Assembly (NCBI GenBank): GCA_947478175.1
Contig: CANJUQ010000002.1
Span: 49,758 to 113,757 of the forward strand
Origin: Thiotrichales bacterium
GTDB lineage: Bacteria; Pseudomonadota; Gammaproteobacteria; Francisellales; CACEW01
DNA length: 64,000 bases
Direction: 5' to 3'
Below are positions 12,460 to 22,092 of the stretch, piece by piece (within the stretch, counting starts at the first letter, position 1; each line of letters opens with the position of its first letter). Made by a program: the position numbers and the translations under genes. The notes under the pieces were generated by a model. The model was not told the DNA's origin and did no database searches. It saw only the letters and a program-made list of their open reading frames with translations.

Positions 12460-13666
12460 AACCTCTTTTTTCCACTCCTGAAGGCGAGCAGGAAGGCAAG
12501 GTCCGGTAATAAAACCCATATGATGACGACAAACTACTATGGGTTTCCGCCGAGGCCCCTAAGTCGAGTAGATCGGGGGATTCTGCTTCTGCAGCGTCAC
12601 CTAAAAAATCTGGCGACCCCGCTCCTGCCCCAGAATTAGGTTTTTGTAACACACTGAAGAACAGACTACTTGACATGCCTTCATCAGGACGCGTTCCAAC
12701 AACATCTGTCACCATACTCGTACCAGTGCCATGGACTGTAGATTCAAACCGTAAAAACCTGCAGCTGTTCGCTATTATTACACCCTGACTTCTAAATAAT
12801 TCATGAATAAGCTCAGGCAGACTTCTTAGAAGTAAATTCAATTGGTCTTTTGGAAAAATTTTGAGCGCCTCAATTTCTTGAGGCAATAGATCACGCGAAG
12901 AAAAAATAGATTTAATCGCTTCGGTCACTGGCGCAAATTTTTCTAAAGACTCATCAGTCATAGACAAAGAACGGCCGACAGAAGAAACTCCATCAGGTGA
13001 ACCCACTTCTTTCCCAGCGCTGCTATTTGAAGAAAATATACCGGCCAACTTAGCAAGCACACTTTTCCTGCTTGCAGAAGGTGACGTGGTCGGTGTTATT
13101 TCAGGGGAAGAAATAGGTGAAACAGCCGACGGGGCAGATATCGCTTCTTTTAATAAAAAAGAAATTGACAGTCTGTTTGCAAAATGACTCCGAAAAAAAG
13201 CTTGCCCCTCTTCATTAAGAACCAAATAAAAAAGACTGCTTAATTCAATATCGCTAAGCCCAACTAGAGCTATCAGGCCTCTAATTTTTTCATCCGCCAA
13301 AGCTAAAGGAGACAGTCCTTTCAAGGCTGTTTTTACAATTTCAAAAATATCATTAGCCGCATCCTCATTTGAAAGAGAAGCACCATGCTCACCGTCTCGA
13401 TAAGATCCAAGTGAATTGCCTAAAGCACGCTCCCTGGAGTTTTTTCTAGCTTCTAACAAGAAAGAAAGAAAATGATGATGCGCAGATCTGGCGACGATCA
13501 AATCCTGATCAGCGATTGCAACATGCTCAAGTAACTTAAGTAAGTTCTCACGAGCCCTTTTTAATTCCTTGGGACCTCCAATTTCACGCAACGCCTTCTG
13601 TGCTTTTTCTGGATTGAGCTCTCGAATAGCGCCTGAAATTAAATTAAAAAAGAGCTCTGCGCTCAT
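12350..13666 (-). CDS. Hypothetical Ser-rich protein (candidate effector)
   Basis: 438-aa ORF with AGGGGA RBS; low-complexity S/P-rich middle; no recognisable family; overlaps the PAP2 3' end by 110 bp. Confidence 0.7.
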   Translation of the reverse strand: MSAELFFNLISGAIRELNPEKAQKALREIGGPKELKRARENLLKLLEHVAIADQDLIVARSAHHHFLSFLLEARKNSRERALGNSLGSYRDGEHGASLSNEDAANDIFEIVKTALKGLSPLALADEKIRGLIALVGLSDIELSSLFYLVLNEEGQAFFRSHFANRLSISFLLKEAISAPSAVSPISSPEITPTTSPSASRKSVLAKLAGIFSSNSSAGKEVGSPDGVSSVGRSLSMTDESLEKFAPVTEAIKSIFSSRDLLPQEIEALKIFPKDQLNLLLRSLPELIHELFRSQGVIIANSCRFLRFESTVHGTGTSMVTDVVGTRPDEGMSSSLFFSVLQKPNSGAGAGSPDFLGDAAEAESPDLLDLGASAETHSSLSSSYGFYYRTLPSCSPSGVEKRGFTPLPSGMGSGGFVFHSSALRMPSLTPGLFQCTLPQ

Positions 13667-13769
13667 AAGATATCCCCTGACAGATTATAAATTATTGTTA
13701 TGAATATTTAGGTATTTACTCAGCGCGCGATTTTAAGCCCCCATGTTCGCTTAAATCAAGCACTCAAAA

Positions 13770-14027
13770 TTAATTCTTTTGAACAAGAAAAATAATTTTT
13801 TCATCTCGCTCGGTTATCTCAATAACACTATGTTTCTGTAAGCGGCACCAAGTAGGAATGTCATGTTTAACACCAGGGTCTGTGCAGATGATTTCTACTC
13901 TTTGGTTTTTATCCATCTTTTTAATTTGGTTTTGTAATTTAATCACGGGCATTGGGCATAACATCCCAGTTGCATCAATCACTGCATCAATCATTATTTT
14001 CATATTTTCAGAAAAACTTTCAGACAT
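13770..14027 (-). CDS. tusA: TusA-family sulfur carrier
   Basis: IDATGMLCPMPVI and TDPG..DIPTWC motifs. Confidence 0.88.
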   Translation of the reverse strand: MSESFSENMKIMIDAVIDATGMLCPMPVIKLQNQIKKMDKNQRVEIICTDPGVKHDIPTWCRLQKHSVIEITERDEKIIFLVQKN

Positions 14028-14029
14028 GA

Positions 14030-15064
14030 CTATAAATACCAGTTAGGTAAGATCTCTTCTGATTTAAACGGATCAACCGTTAAAAAATAAGAAATCCCAT
14101 GAGAATCTGTATATTTCAAATCGACTTTTTCAGAATCTCGGCCTTGTGAAAATCTGGCGACAATACGCGCTGCCAGCTCTCGATCTTCTGGCATTATTTT
14201 TCCATCGACTAAAGCTAAAGGCCCCATATGAGACAAAATTTCAAAATAGCCCAACTGTTTTTTATACCCATTCATAAAATTATTTTCGCCTTCTTCGCGA
14301 CCAATAATTAATTTAAAGCCTGGTTTTGGGCGAATATGCCGGCCGATTTTTAATAAAACAATATCGTCCAATTCATACTGACGCTCACCTCGAGAAGTCC
14401 AGAGATCCGTCAATTTCGACGAATACTGTTCATTGGTTAAAAAACAACAGCCACCCGCTGGTTGAGCGTAATCAATAAAACCATATTGCTTCGCGAGTTC
14501 TATTTGAGGCTTTCGATTACGGCCGTGAAAACTTAATAACTTAGATCGATCTAACCAACCCTCACGTTCAGGCAAAGTTTCTGGCAAATGCTGGGCACAA
14601 AGGGGTCGGACTAAGCGATCAAAAATTTCTGATTCTTTGGCGACGATAGGCATGGTATTTTTTCTTTGCGACATGGGCCGTTGCCCCATGACTTCCCCTG
14701 TAATAATAAAATCAAAATTATTCTCTTCCATCCATTGTTTGGCTTTTTTGACCATAAAGACTTTACAGTCCAAACAAGGATTTAAATTTGCGCCATAGCC
14801 ATGTTTTGGATTCAATAAAACATCTTTATATTCTTCGACGACGTCAATAATATGCAAAGGAATACCCAACTGCTCTGCGACCCATAAGGCATTATTTCTT
14901 TTTTGTTTGGACTGCTGCTGTTTACGAATGGCATGTGTATGGCCCTCAACGCAGAATCCCGTATAAAAATTAATCCCCTCGACATGAATCCCTTGATCCA
15001 AAATGACTCGAGTGGCTAACAGAGAATCTAATCCCCCTGAAATTAAAGCAACGGCCTTACGCAT
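14030..15064 (-). CDS. PP-loop tRNA sulfurtransferase-like protein (ThiI/MnmA superfamily)
   Basis: SGGLDS PP-loop, NPCLDCK, TGEVMGQRPMSQ, GGCCFLT; 2 bp from tusA. Confidence 0.82.
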   Translation of the reverse strand: MRKAVALISGGLDSLLATRVILDQGIHVEGINFYTGFCVEGHTHAIRKQQQSKQKRNNALWVAEQLGIPLHIIDVVEEYKDVLLNPKHGYGANLNPCLDCKVFMVKKAKQWMEENNFDFIITGEVMGQRPMSQRKNTMPIVAKESEIFDRLVRPLCAQHLPETLPEREGWLDRSKLLSFHGRNRKPQIELAKQYGFIDYAQPAGGCCFLTNEQYSSKLTDLWTSRGERQYELDDIVLLKIGRHIRPKPGFKLIIGREEGENNFMNGYKKQLGYFEILSHMGPLALVDGKIMPEDRELAARIVARFSQGRDSEKVDLKYTDSHGISYFLTVDPFKSEEILPNWYL

Positions 15065-16496
15065 TGGAATTTTTCTCACTATTTTTTTCTAATTTTTCTG
15101 GATGTTTTTTATATTTATTTCTTGTCTTGGCTAACCAGACAGCAGGCAGACTCATGAAGATCAAACCCAAACTAATCATCACGGCATAGTGAACAATACT
15201 GCCCGCATTGATATTCGAAGGGGGTAAAAACCCAATCAAAATAGTCACAACAGACCCGATAATGCCCATCACGCCGACAACCCCAGTCCCCCAAGCACCA
15301 CCTGGAATCTGATAACCGTTGATCAAACTATTATTTTTTCGAGACCTGATTTTCAAAACAATGCCGGCTATGAACATTAAAATATACATAAACATATAGA
15401 GCTGAGCGGCCAGTACGTTTAGATACCAATAAGAGGCGTTAATACTGGGAAGTAAGATAAAAATAACCAAGGTACAAGTGACGATGGCTGCTTGAATTAA
15501 TAACAAAGAGACAGGCGCTCCGTAATAATTTTCTTTCAGCAACCACTGGGGAAAATGCCCCTGCCGACCTGCATAATGCAAGCCCCGAGTCGGAGCGATC
15601 AGCCAATTATTTAACCCGCCTAAACCACCAATAATTAAAGCCCCGCCAATCATAGGCATCAGCCAATGCACGTGGTAATCACTAAAAAATACATTGAACG
15701 CCTGCATGATTCCCGCAATTAAACTTAACTGGGACTGAGGCATGACAATCGCGATAGATAAAGAACCCAATACCAAAGTAATTAAAATAAAAGCCGTCGC
15801 AATGGCCAAGGCTCTCGGGAAAGCCGTCTTGGGATTTTTAGTCTCTCGGACATGGATGGTCGCGATTTCAATACCACACATAGACAACATCACGCCCGTC
15901 AAAGTCACCCAAAGATCTGGGTGAGAAAAACTAGGAATCAAAGCCCGCGGATGTAAATCCACATGCATCGGCTGACCCTTCCAAACCCAAATAATTCCGG
16001 TCGCAATAATCATGGCCATGGGTAAAACCAAGCCAAATAAGCTGCACAGATTGGCAAAAAAACCAGAGGCTTTCATGCCAAATAAATTCAAAAAAGTAAT
16101 AATCCAGAAAGCTGCGAGAATAAATAACATCAAGAAAATTCTGGACTCTGCCCAAGCAGGACAAAATAAATAAGCGACAGTTCCAGCCACAAAAGAAAGT
16201 AACGCCGGGTAATAAACAACGTTTTCAATCCATTGATACCAAATAGCCACAAAACCCCAACGAGGCCCTAAAGCTTCTCGAACCCAACGATAGATTCCAC
16301 CTTCGCCTTCATGAGCGGCAGAAGCCAGCTCAGCGGAAATCATCCCTGAGGGGATTAAGAAAAACAGCGCCCCTAAAATAAAAAAAGCAACGATATTGCT
16401 GCCAAACAAAGCCGTCGCCGGCAAATTTCGAATGCTATCAACTGATCCAATCGTGATTAAAACTAAACTCATCACGCCCAAGGTTTTCAGAGACAT
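15057..16496 (-). CDS. APC-family amino acid permease (GadC-like)
   Basis: SIRNLP, AELAS..EGGIYRWV, GIEIA..H; about 12 TM segments. Confidence 0.9.
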   Translation of the reverse strand: MSLKTLGVMSLVLITIGSVDSIRNLPATALFGSNIVAFFILGALFFLIPSGMISAELASAAHEGEGGIYRWVREALGPRWGFVAIWYQWIENVVYYPALLSFVAGTVAYLFCPAWAESRIFLMLFILAAFWIITFLNLFGMKASGFFANLCSLFGLVLPMAMIIATGIIWVWKGQPMHVDLHPRALIPSFSHPDLWVTLTGVMLSMCGIEIATIHVRETKNPKTAFPRALAIATAFILITLVLGSLSIAIVMPQSQLSLIAGIMQAFNVFFSDYHVHWLMPMIGGALIIGGLGGLNNWLIAPTRGLHYAGRQGHFPQWLLKENYYGAPVSLLLIQAAIVTCTLVIFILLPSINASYWYLNVLAAQLYMFMYILMFIAGIVLKIRSRKNNSLINGYQIPGGAWGTGVVGVMGIIGSVVTILIGFLPPSNINAGSIVHYAVMISLGLIFMSLPAVWLAKTRNKYKKHPEKLEKNSEKNSNA

Positions 16497-16543
16497 TATT
16501 TTTCAACCCTTAATTAGACCTAATCAGACCCCTAAGAACTCAC

Positions 16544-16571
16544 AAAAAAAACCACGCCGAAGCGTGGTTTT
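16544..16571 (-). terminator. Rho-independent terminator of the RRM gene
   Basis: Minus strand AAAACCACGC-TTCG-GCGTGGTTTTTTTT: UUCG-capped stem plus U tract. Confidence 0.85.
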
Positions 16572-16592
16572 CATCAAAAGTTAAAATTAATC

Positions 16593-16620
16593 GTAAGAGC
16601 GAAATTAATTACGCCCCTAC
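16593..16620 (-). repeat. GTAG-type REP-like palindrome
   Basis: Minus strand GTAGGGGCGTAATTAATTTCGCTCTTAC, 11/14 self-complementary. Confidence 0.6.
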
Positions 16621-16626
16621 TAAAAA

Positions 16627-16995
16627 TTAATTTCTTTTGAACTTATCAAAGCCGCCGCCACTAGGACGTCCGCCGCCGAAGCCGCCGCCGCCACTAGGAC
16701 GTCCGCCGCCTGAAGAGCGTCCGCCGCCACCGCCGCCGCCAGTACGTTCGTCGTCATTAGCGACGTTAACGCGCAAAACTTTACCTTCGAATTCGGTATT
16801 GTTAGCAGCTAGGGAATTTTGAACGGATTGTTCATCTTGATACGTGATGAAACCGAAACCGCGTGAACGGCCTGTTTCGCGATCTTTGATGATACGGACA
16901 TCAGCAACTGGGCCGAATTGTGAGAAATGTTGCTCTAAAGTGTCAGCGTTGGTGCTGAAATTTAGGTTGCCGATGTAAATTTTTAATTGACTCAT
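16627..16995 (-). CDS. RRM RNA-binding protein with Gly-rich tail
   Basis: RNP2 IYIGNL, RNP1 RGFGFITY, repeated GGRPSGGG tail. Confidence 0.95.
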   Translation of the reverse strand: MSQLKIYIGNLNFSTNADTLEQHFSQFGPVADVRIIKDRETGRSRGFGFITYQDEQSVQNSLAANNTEFEGKVLRVNVANDDERTGGGGGGGRSSGGGRPSGGGGFGGGRPSGGGFDKFKRN

Positions 16996-17230
16996 GGTCT
17001 GATCCTTAAACATAAAAAAAACAAATGCCCAACTCGCCAGACCTTTCGCTAAAAAACTAAAAATTTAAAAAAAATTAATAATTAAAAATAAAAGACCGCA
17101 AAAATTAAGCCGGCGGATCATACCATGCTTCTTAAAGAATACTAGGTTGATTTGGCAAATCTTATAGAAGGTTTTGCAGGGGATTTTGCAGGGGGCTTTG
17201 AACATCTAAATTTACCCATAAAACCTAAGG

Positions 17231-17887
17231 TTATCCCCGCGCTCCAAACAACAACGTCCCCAACCTAACCAAACTTGCACCCTCTAAAATAGCCGCCCTA
17301 AAATCAGCACTCATACCCATGGATAAATCATCGCCAATCAAACAATTTTGCTGTTTTAAAAAATCTAACAACTCTCGTAATTTTCTAAACGGCTCGCCCT
17401 GCTGATCTAAATTATTTAGTTCTCTCGGCGCGGGAATACACATCAGGCCTTTTAAATAAATATTGGGCAGTTTTTCGCATTGCTTAACCAGATCCAATAA
17501 ATCTTCTGGCATCACCCCTGATTTGCTTTCTTCTCGATCAATATTGACCTGAATTAAAACAGAAAGTGGCGCTAATTCTACTGGTCTTTGGTTAGACAGT
17601 CTTTGGGCAATTTTAAATTTATCGACGCTATGAATCCAATCAAAATTCTTGGCAATTTCAGCGGTTTTATTAGATTGAATCGGCCCAATAAAATGCCAAA
17701 TAATATTTAAATCTTTTAAATTATTTATTTTACCTAGGGCCTCTTGAAGATAATTTTCTCCAAAATTTTTAACCCCCTGGTTATATAAATTTTTAATTTT
17801 TTCTATCGGCTGTTTTTTACTGACTGCGATTAAAATCACCGAGTTTTTTTCTAACTCAGCCAGCAAGGGCGCGATGGAGTCTGTCAC
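17231..17887 (-). CDS. yggS: PLP homeostasis protein (YggS family)
   Basis: LIAVSK, FGENYLQE, WHFIGPIQSNK, LSMGMS; start uncertain (GTG 17887 chosen). Confidence 0.93.
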   Translation of the reverse strand: MTDSIAPLLAELEKNSVILIAVSKKQPIEKIKNLYNQGVKNFGENYLQEALGKINNLKDLNIIWHFIGPIQSNKTAEIAKNFDWIHSVDKFKIAQRLSNQRPVELAPLSVLIQVNIDREESKSGVMPEDLLDLVKQCEKLPNIYLKGLMCIPAPRELNNLDQQGEPFRKLRELLDFLKQQNCLIGDDLSMGMSADFRAAILEGASLVRLGTLLFGARG

Positions 17888-19040
17888 AAGCGGTCTCCAG
17901 TGTTTGTAAATCTGTCGCATAAGAAAATCTAATATATCCAGGCATCCCAAACGCCGTCCCAGGAACCCCGGCTAATAAAGCTTTTTCTAATAGCCATTCA
18001 CATAAGACAACATCGTCTTTTAGGTTTAATTTTTTAATCGCTTCTCGGCAATCTACAAACGCATAGAAAGCCCCTTCTGCGCCTGAAAAATAAAGCCCTG
18101 GAATTTGATTCAGTCTTTGTTTTAGAAATTTTTGTCTTTCTTGATAAGCCTGAACCATGACAGGAATATGATCCTGATTGCCTAACAAAGCCGCAACAGC
18201 GCCTGCTTGTGAAATAGAACACGGATTAGATGTCGATTGCCCTTGGATCTTACTCATGGCTTTAATCATTACTTTAGGCCCTGCCGCGTAGCCGATTCTT
18301 AAGCCTGTCATCGCATGGCTTTTAGACAGGCCATTGATAACAACCGTTCTAGAAGTCAGCTCTGGACAGACATTCAAAATATTCACAAACGGCTGATCGG
18401 TCCATTGTATTTTTTCATAGATATCATCCGTCACAACCCAGACCTGAGGATGTTTTTTTAAGACTTCTGAAATTTTAATTAATTCTTCTCGACTTAAAAT
18501 TTCTCCCGTGGGATTAGACGGAGAGTTCAATACTAATAATTTAGTTTTTGGAGTGATGGCTTGTTCGATTTGTTCTGCTGTAATTTTCAAATCTGAATTT
18601 CCTAGGGGGGATAAAATCACAGGAATCGCGTCAGATAACTTAGCCATGGCCGGATAAGACACCCAGTAAGGCGCTAAAATAATCACTTCATCACCCGGAT
18701 TTAATAGCGCCTGAAATAGATTATAAAAACTATGTTTCGCCCCGACAGACACTAAGATTTCATCTGTTTGATAATTTAACTGATTATCTTCTTGAAGCTT
18801 TTTAGCAATCGCTGCTCTGAGCTCATGCGTCCCATCTAGTTCTGTATATTTGGTCTTACCCGCATGAATGGCTTCAATCATGGCGACTTCAATATGAGGC
18901 GCGACTTTAAAATCAGGTTCACCCGCAGACAGGCTAATAATATCTAAGCCCTGTTTTTTGAGCTGCATGGCTTTAGTCGAAATAGCGACAGTCGCTGATG
19001 GCTCAACGGACATCACTCGGTCAGATAAAGAAAGAAGCAT
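17856..19040 (-). CDS. Class I/II PLP-dependent (aspartate-type) aminotransferase
   Basis: GEPDF, NSPSNPTG, DDIYE, SKSHAMTGLRIG. Confidence 0.93.
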   Translation of the reverse strand: MLLSLSDRVMSVEPSATVAISTKAMQLKKQGLDIISLSAGEPDFKVAPHIEVAMIEAIHAGKTKYTELDGTHELRAAIAKKLQEDNQLNYQTDEILVSVGAKHSFYNLFQALLNPGDEVIILAPYWVSYPAMAKLSDAIPVILSPLGNSDLKITAEQIEQAITPKTKLLVLNSPSNPTGEILSREELIKISEVLKKHPQVWVVTDDIYEKIQWTDQPFVNILNVCPELTSRTVVINGLSKSHAMTGLRIGYAAGPKVMIKAMSKIQGQSTSNPCSISQAGAVAALLGNQDHIPVMVQAYQERQKFLKQRLNQIPGLYFSGAEGAFYAFVDCREAIKKLNLKDDVVLCEWLLEKALLAGVPGTAFGMPGYIRFSYATDLQTLETACDRLHRALAG

Positions 19041-19147
19041 GGGGATTAAATCTCTCGGGCTAACTTAAAAAAGAACCGCAGATTCTGCCAGGGGTGAACA
19101 AAGATGCCTAGGGGAAAATTAAAAATCTGTATTTCGGATATCCATCA

Positions 19148-19504
19148 TCAACAAACGGTCAACTTCCGACCAATGCCTTCTGCTAAAAGAGTTGCCGCAA
19201 AGGTATTTAAACTCACCCCTTCTTCTTTAGCTTGAAGCGCAAGAGCAGCATGTAAAGATTTTGGGACCCGTAAGCGCCATTGACCACTGTAGTTTTCAGC
19301 AACACTGGGCTTCGGAATGGGGTCTCCAAACTCTTCAGCCGTTTTAATCCATGATTTAATGGCTGACTTAATTTCAATGACTGCTTCTTCCACAGATTCA
19401 CCATCCGCAATGCAACCTGGCAAGTCCAAAGCTTCAGCTACATAGCCACCCCCTTCTTCTTTTGAGAGAGGCCGAATTGAAATGGGGTAATCAAATTTTT
19501 TCAT
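19148..19504 (-). CDS. hicB: HicB-family antitoxin
   Basis: DLPGCIADGESVEEA, then YSG..LRVPKSLH..LA..A..EGVSLN (RHH). Confidence 0.92.
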   Translation of the reverse strand: MKKFDYPISIRPLSKEEGGGYVAEALDLPGCIADGESVEEAVIEIKSAIKSWIKTAEEFGDPIPKPSVAENYSGQWRLRVPKSLHAALALQAKEEGVSLNTFAATLLAEGIGRKLTVC

Positions 19505-19740
19505 TGTATTCCTCCAAGTTCGTCAATGAGATCAATAAATTTTTTAACATAGACCGGCTTAATGGGTTTATGCGCTGGAACCGTCAATTTCTCAGCATTC
19601 TTAATCCTAAACGTAACATGGCTGGTTCCCGGCTGCCGATAATCAATTCCGAGTCGTTTTGCAATCGTTTTAAGATCTTCAATACACCAGTCCCGAGGAT
19701 TGGAGCGCATTTTCTCTATTTGTTTATCAAATTTACTCAT
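19501..19740 (-). CDS. hicA: HicA-family mRNA interferase toxin
   Basis: GTSHVTF, TVPAHKPIKPVYVK; 4-bp overlap with hicB. Confidence 0.9.
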   Translation of the reverse strand: MSKFDKQIEKMRSNPRDWCIEDLKTIAKRLGIDYRQPGTSHVTFRIKNAEKLTVPAHKPIKPVYVKKFIDLIDELGGIQ

Positions 19741-19748
19741 GGCTTACA

Positions 19749-19767
19749 TGGTACCACAGAAGGAACC
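19749..19767. promoter_or_regulatory. Possible HicB operator
   Basis: Palindrome TGGTACCA followed by a degenerate GGAACC just upstream of the hicA start. Confidence 0.3.
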
Positions 19768-19870
19768 TCTTTCAAGGAAGAATACAGGGAAACTCCCATG
19801 ACCTACGAGGGGTTTTACTGAAATTCATGTCAAAACAAACCGTTAAAATTAAAAATTGGCCTGTAAAATA

Positions 19871-19958
19871 TGGCGGAGAGAGTGAGATTCGAACTCACGG
19901 TGCTTTTACACACGCCGGTTTTCAAGACCGGTGCTTTAAACCACTCAGCCATCTCTCC
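19871..19958 (-). tRNA. tRNA-Ser (anticodon TGA)
   Basis: GGAGAGATGGCTGAGTGG...CCGGTCTTGAAAACCGG, long variable arm, GTGAGTTCGAATCTCAC, encoded CCA; 88 nt. Confidence 0.97.
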
Positions 19959-20214
19959 GAAGTTTGATTATATGAAGCCAGGAAAGAGTGGGATTCACCT
20001 AAGAAAACCAATCTTTCCTGATTTTTACAGTGGTGTTCCTCCCAACTGCGGGGCGGGATCATACAGATATTTAAATTTTTTAAAATGGGGAAACTGGCAG
20101 CACCCTGTGATAAACTCGCGCGCTTTTTTTGACCCCTAATTTAATTTATTAATTATTTTTAAATAATTCTTAATTAAAATTTAACAAAATTTTAACCAAT
20201 CGAGCCTATCTAAC

Positions 20215-22023
20215 ATGACTATTAAACTTAGAAATATCGCCATCATTGCCCACGTCGACCATGGTAAGACAACACTTGTTGACCAATTGCTCAGACAATC
20301 AGGAACCATTGGCGACCGCGGTCCCAAAACAGAAAGATTGATGGATTCAAACGATCTTGAAAAAGAACGGGGCATTACCATTCTGGCTAAAAACACAGCC
20401 ATTGATTGGAACGGTTATCACATCAATATCGTCGACACCCCAGGCCATGCGGACTTTGGTGGTGAAGTCGAGCGGATTCTCTCGATGGTCGATTGTGTAT
20501 TGTTACTGGTCGATGCCGTCGATGGCCCCATGCCTCAAACCCGTTTTGTGACCCAAAAAGCGTTTGAACAAGGCCTAAACCCTATCGTTGTCGTCAATAA
20601 AGTTGATAGAGATGGCGCACGCCCTCACTGGGTCGTTGATCAAATTTTTGATTTGTTCGACAAACTCGGCGCGACGGATGAACAGCTAAATTTCCCTATT
20701 ATTTATGCGTCGGCTATTAACGGCTACGCCATGAAAGAACTAGAAGATCCTAGAATTAACATGGATCCACTGTTCCAGACCATCATTGATAAAGTCTCGC
20801 CTCCTGAAGTCAATTCAGAGGGCCCCTTCCAAATGCAGATTTCTTCATTGGATTATTCCAGCTTTGTAGGTGCCATTGGCATTGGCCGTATTACTCGAGG
20901 CCGTGTCAAATCCAATATGCAAGTCGTTATCGTCGATGCTGAGGGTAACAAACGCCAAGGTCGTGTTTTACAAATTTTGGGCCATTTGGGTCTAGAACGC
21001 CGCGAAGTTCCAACAGCTGAAGCTGGGGATATTATTTGCGTTACGGGGATGGAAGGTCTGCATATCTCAGACACGCTCTGCGACCCTAACTTTCCTGAAG
21101 GCATGACACCTCTAACGGTCGATGAACCGACCGTCACGATGACATTCCAAGTGAATGACTCCCCTTTTGCCGGCCGTGATGGCAAATACTTAACTTCTCG
21201 TCAGATCAAAGCGCGTTTAGATCGAGAATTAATTCATAACGTTGCCCTGAGAGTCACAGAACATCAAGACTCAGACAAATTCCAAGTTTCAGGCCGTGGT
21301 GAGCTTCACTTGGGAATCTTGATTGAAACCATGCGTCGCGAAAAATATGAGCTAGCTGTTTCGAGACCTCAGGTCATCATGAAAGAAGTCGATGGCAAAA
21401 TGCACGAGCCCTTCGAACATGTCTATGTCGATGTCGAAGATACATTTCAAGGCGCCGTCATGGAAAGATTGGGCGCTCGCCAAGGGGATTTGAAAAACAT
21501 GGTTCCCGATGGGAAAGGCCGTGTCCGTTTGGAATACATGATGCCCTCTCGCGGTCTGATTGGCTTCCATACCGAATTTTTAACCTGCACTTGCGGAACC
21601 GGAATCATGCATCACGTGTTTGATCATTACGGCCCCGCCAAGACAGATATTCAAAACGAAAGACTACGCGGTGCTTTAATTTCTAACTGTACCGGGAAAG
21701 CCCTGGCTTATGCCCTATTTAGTACACAAGAGCGCGGGGATTTATTTATCAGCCCAGGCCTCGAAGTCTACGAAGGCATGGTGATTGGCTTGCATTCCAG
21801 GGATAACGATCTTGTTGTCAATCCGACGAAAGCAAAACAACTCACCAATATTCGTGCTTCTGGATCAGACGAAAATATTATTTTAACGCCGCCCATCAGG
21901 CATTCGCTTGAGCAAGCCTTAGAGTTTATTAACAATGATGAATTAGTTGAAGTCACGCCGCTTTCTATCAGAATTCGTAAGCGTTATTTAACAGAGTCAG
22001 ACCGGAAGAAATACGGGAAATAA
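20215..22023 (+). CDS. typA: Translational GTPase TypA/BipA
   Basis: [33 protein letters not shown]. Confidence 0.98.
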   Translation: MTIKLRNIAIIAHVDHGKTTLVDQLLRQSGTIGDRGPKTERLMDSNDLEKERGITILAKNTAIDWNGYHINIVDTPGHADFGGEVERILSMVDCVLLLVDAVDGPMPQTRFVTQKAFEQGLNPIVVVNKVDRDGARPHWVVDQIFDLFDKLGATDEQLNFPIIYASAINGYAMKELEDPRINMDPLFQTIIDKVSPPEVNSEGPFQMQISSLDYSSFVGAIGIGRITRGRVKSNMQVVIVDAEGNKRQGRVLQILGHLGLERREVPTAEAGDIICVTGMEGLHISDTLCDPNFPEGMTPLTVDEPTVTMTFQVNDSPFAGRDGKYLTSRQIKARLDRELIHNVALRVTEHQDSDKFQVSGRGELHLGILIETMRREKYELAVSRPQVIMKEVDGKMHEPFEHVYVDVEDTFQGAVMERLGARQGDLKNMVPDGKGRVRLEYMMPSRGLIGFHTEFLTCTCGTGIMHHVFDHYGPAKTDIQNERLRGALISNCTGKALAYALFSTQERGDLFISPGLEVYEGMVIGLHSRDNDLVVNPTKAKQLTNIRASGSDENIILTPPIRHSLEQALEFINNDELVEVTPLSIRIRKRYLTESDRKKYGK

Positions 22024-22044
22024 TTTTTGAATTTTTTACGCATG

Positions 22045-22070
22045 AAGGGCGGCCCGCCGGCTGCCCCTAC
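22045..22070 (-). repeat. GTAG-type REP-like palindrome
   Basis: Minus strand GTAGGGGCAGCCGGCGGGCCGCCCTT; 8-bp GC stem, just after the typA stop. Confidence 0.6.
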
Positions 22071-22092
22071 AGGATAAAACAGGGGGAAAATC

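Noticed and set aside
19870-20139. 89-aa ORF MAERVRFELT
   Set aside because: Antisense translation of tRNA-Ser
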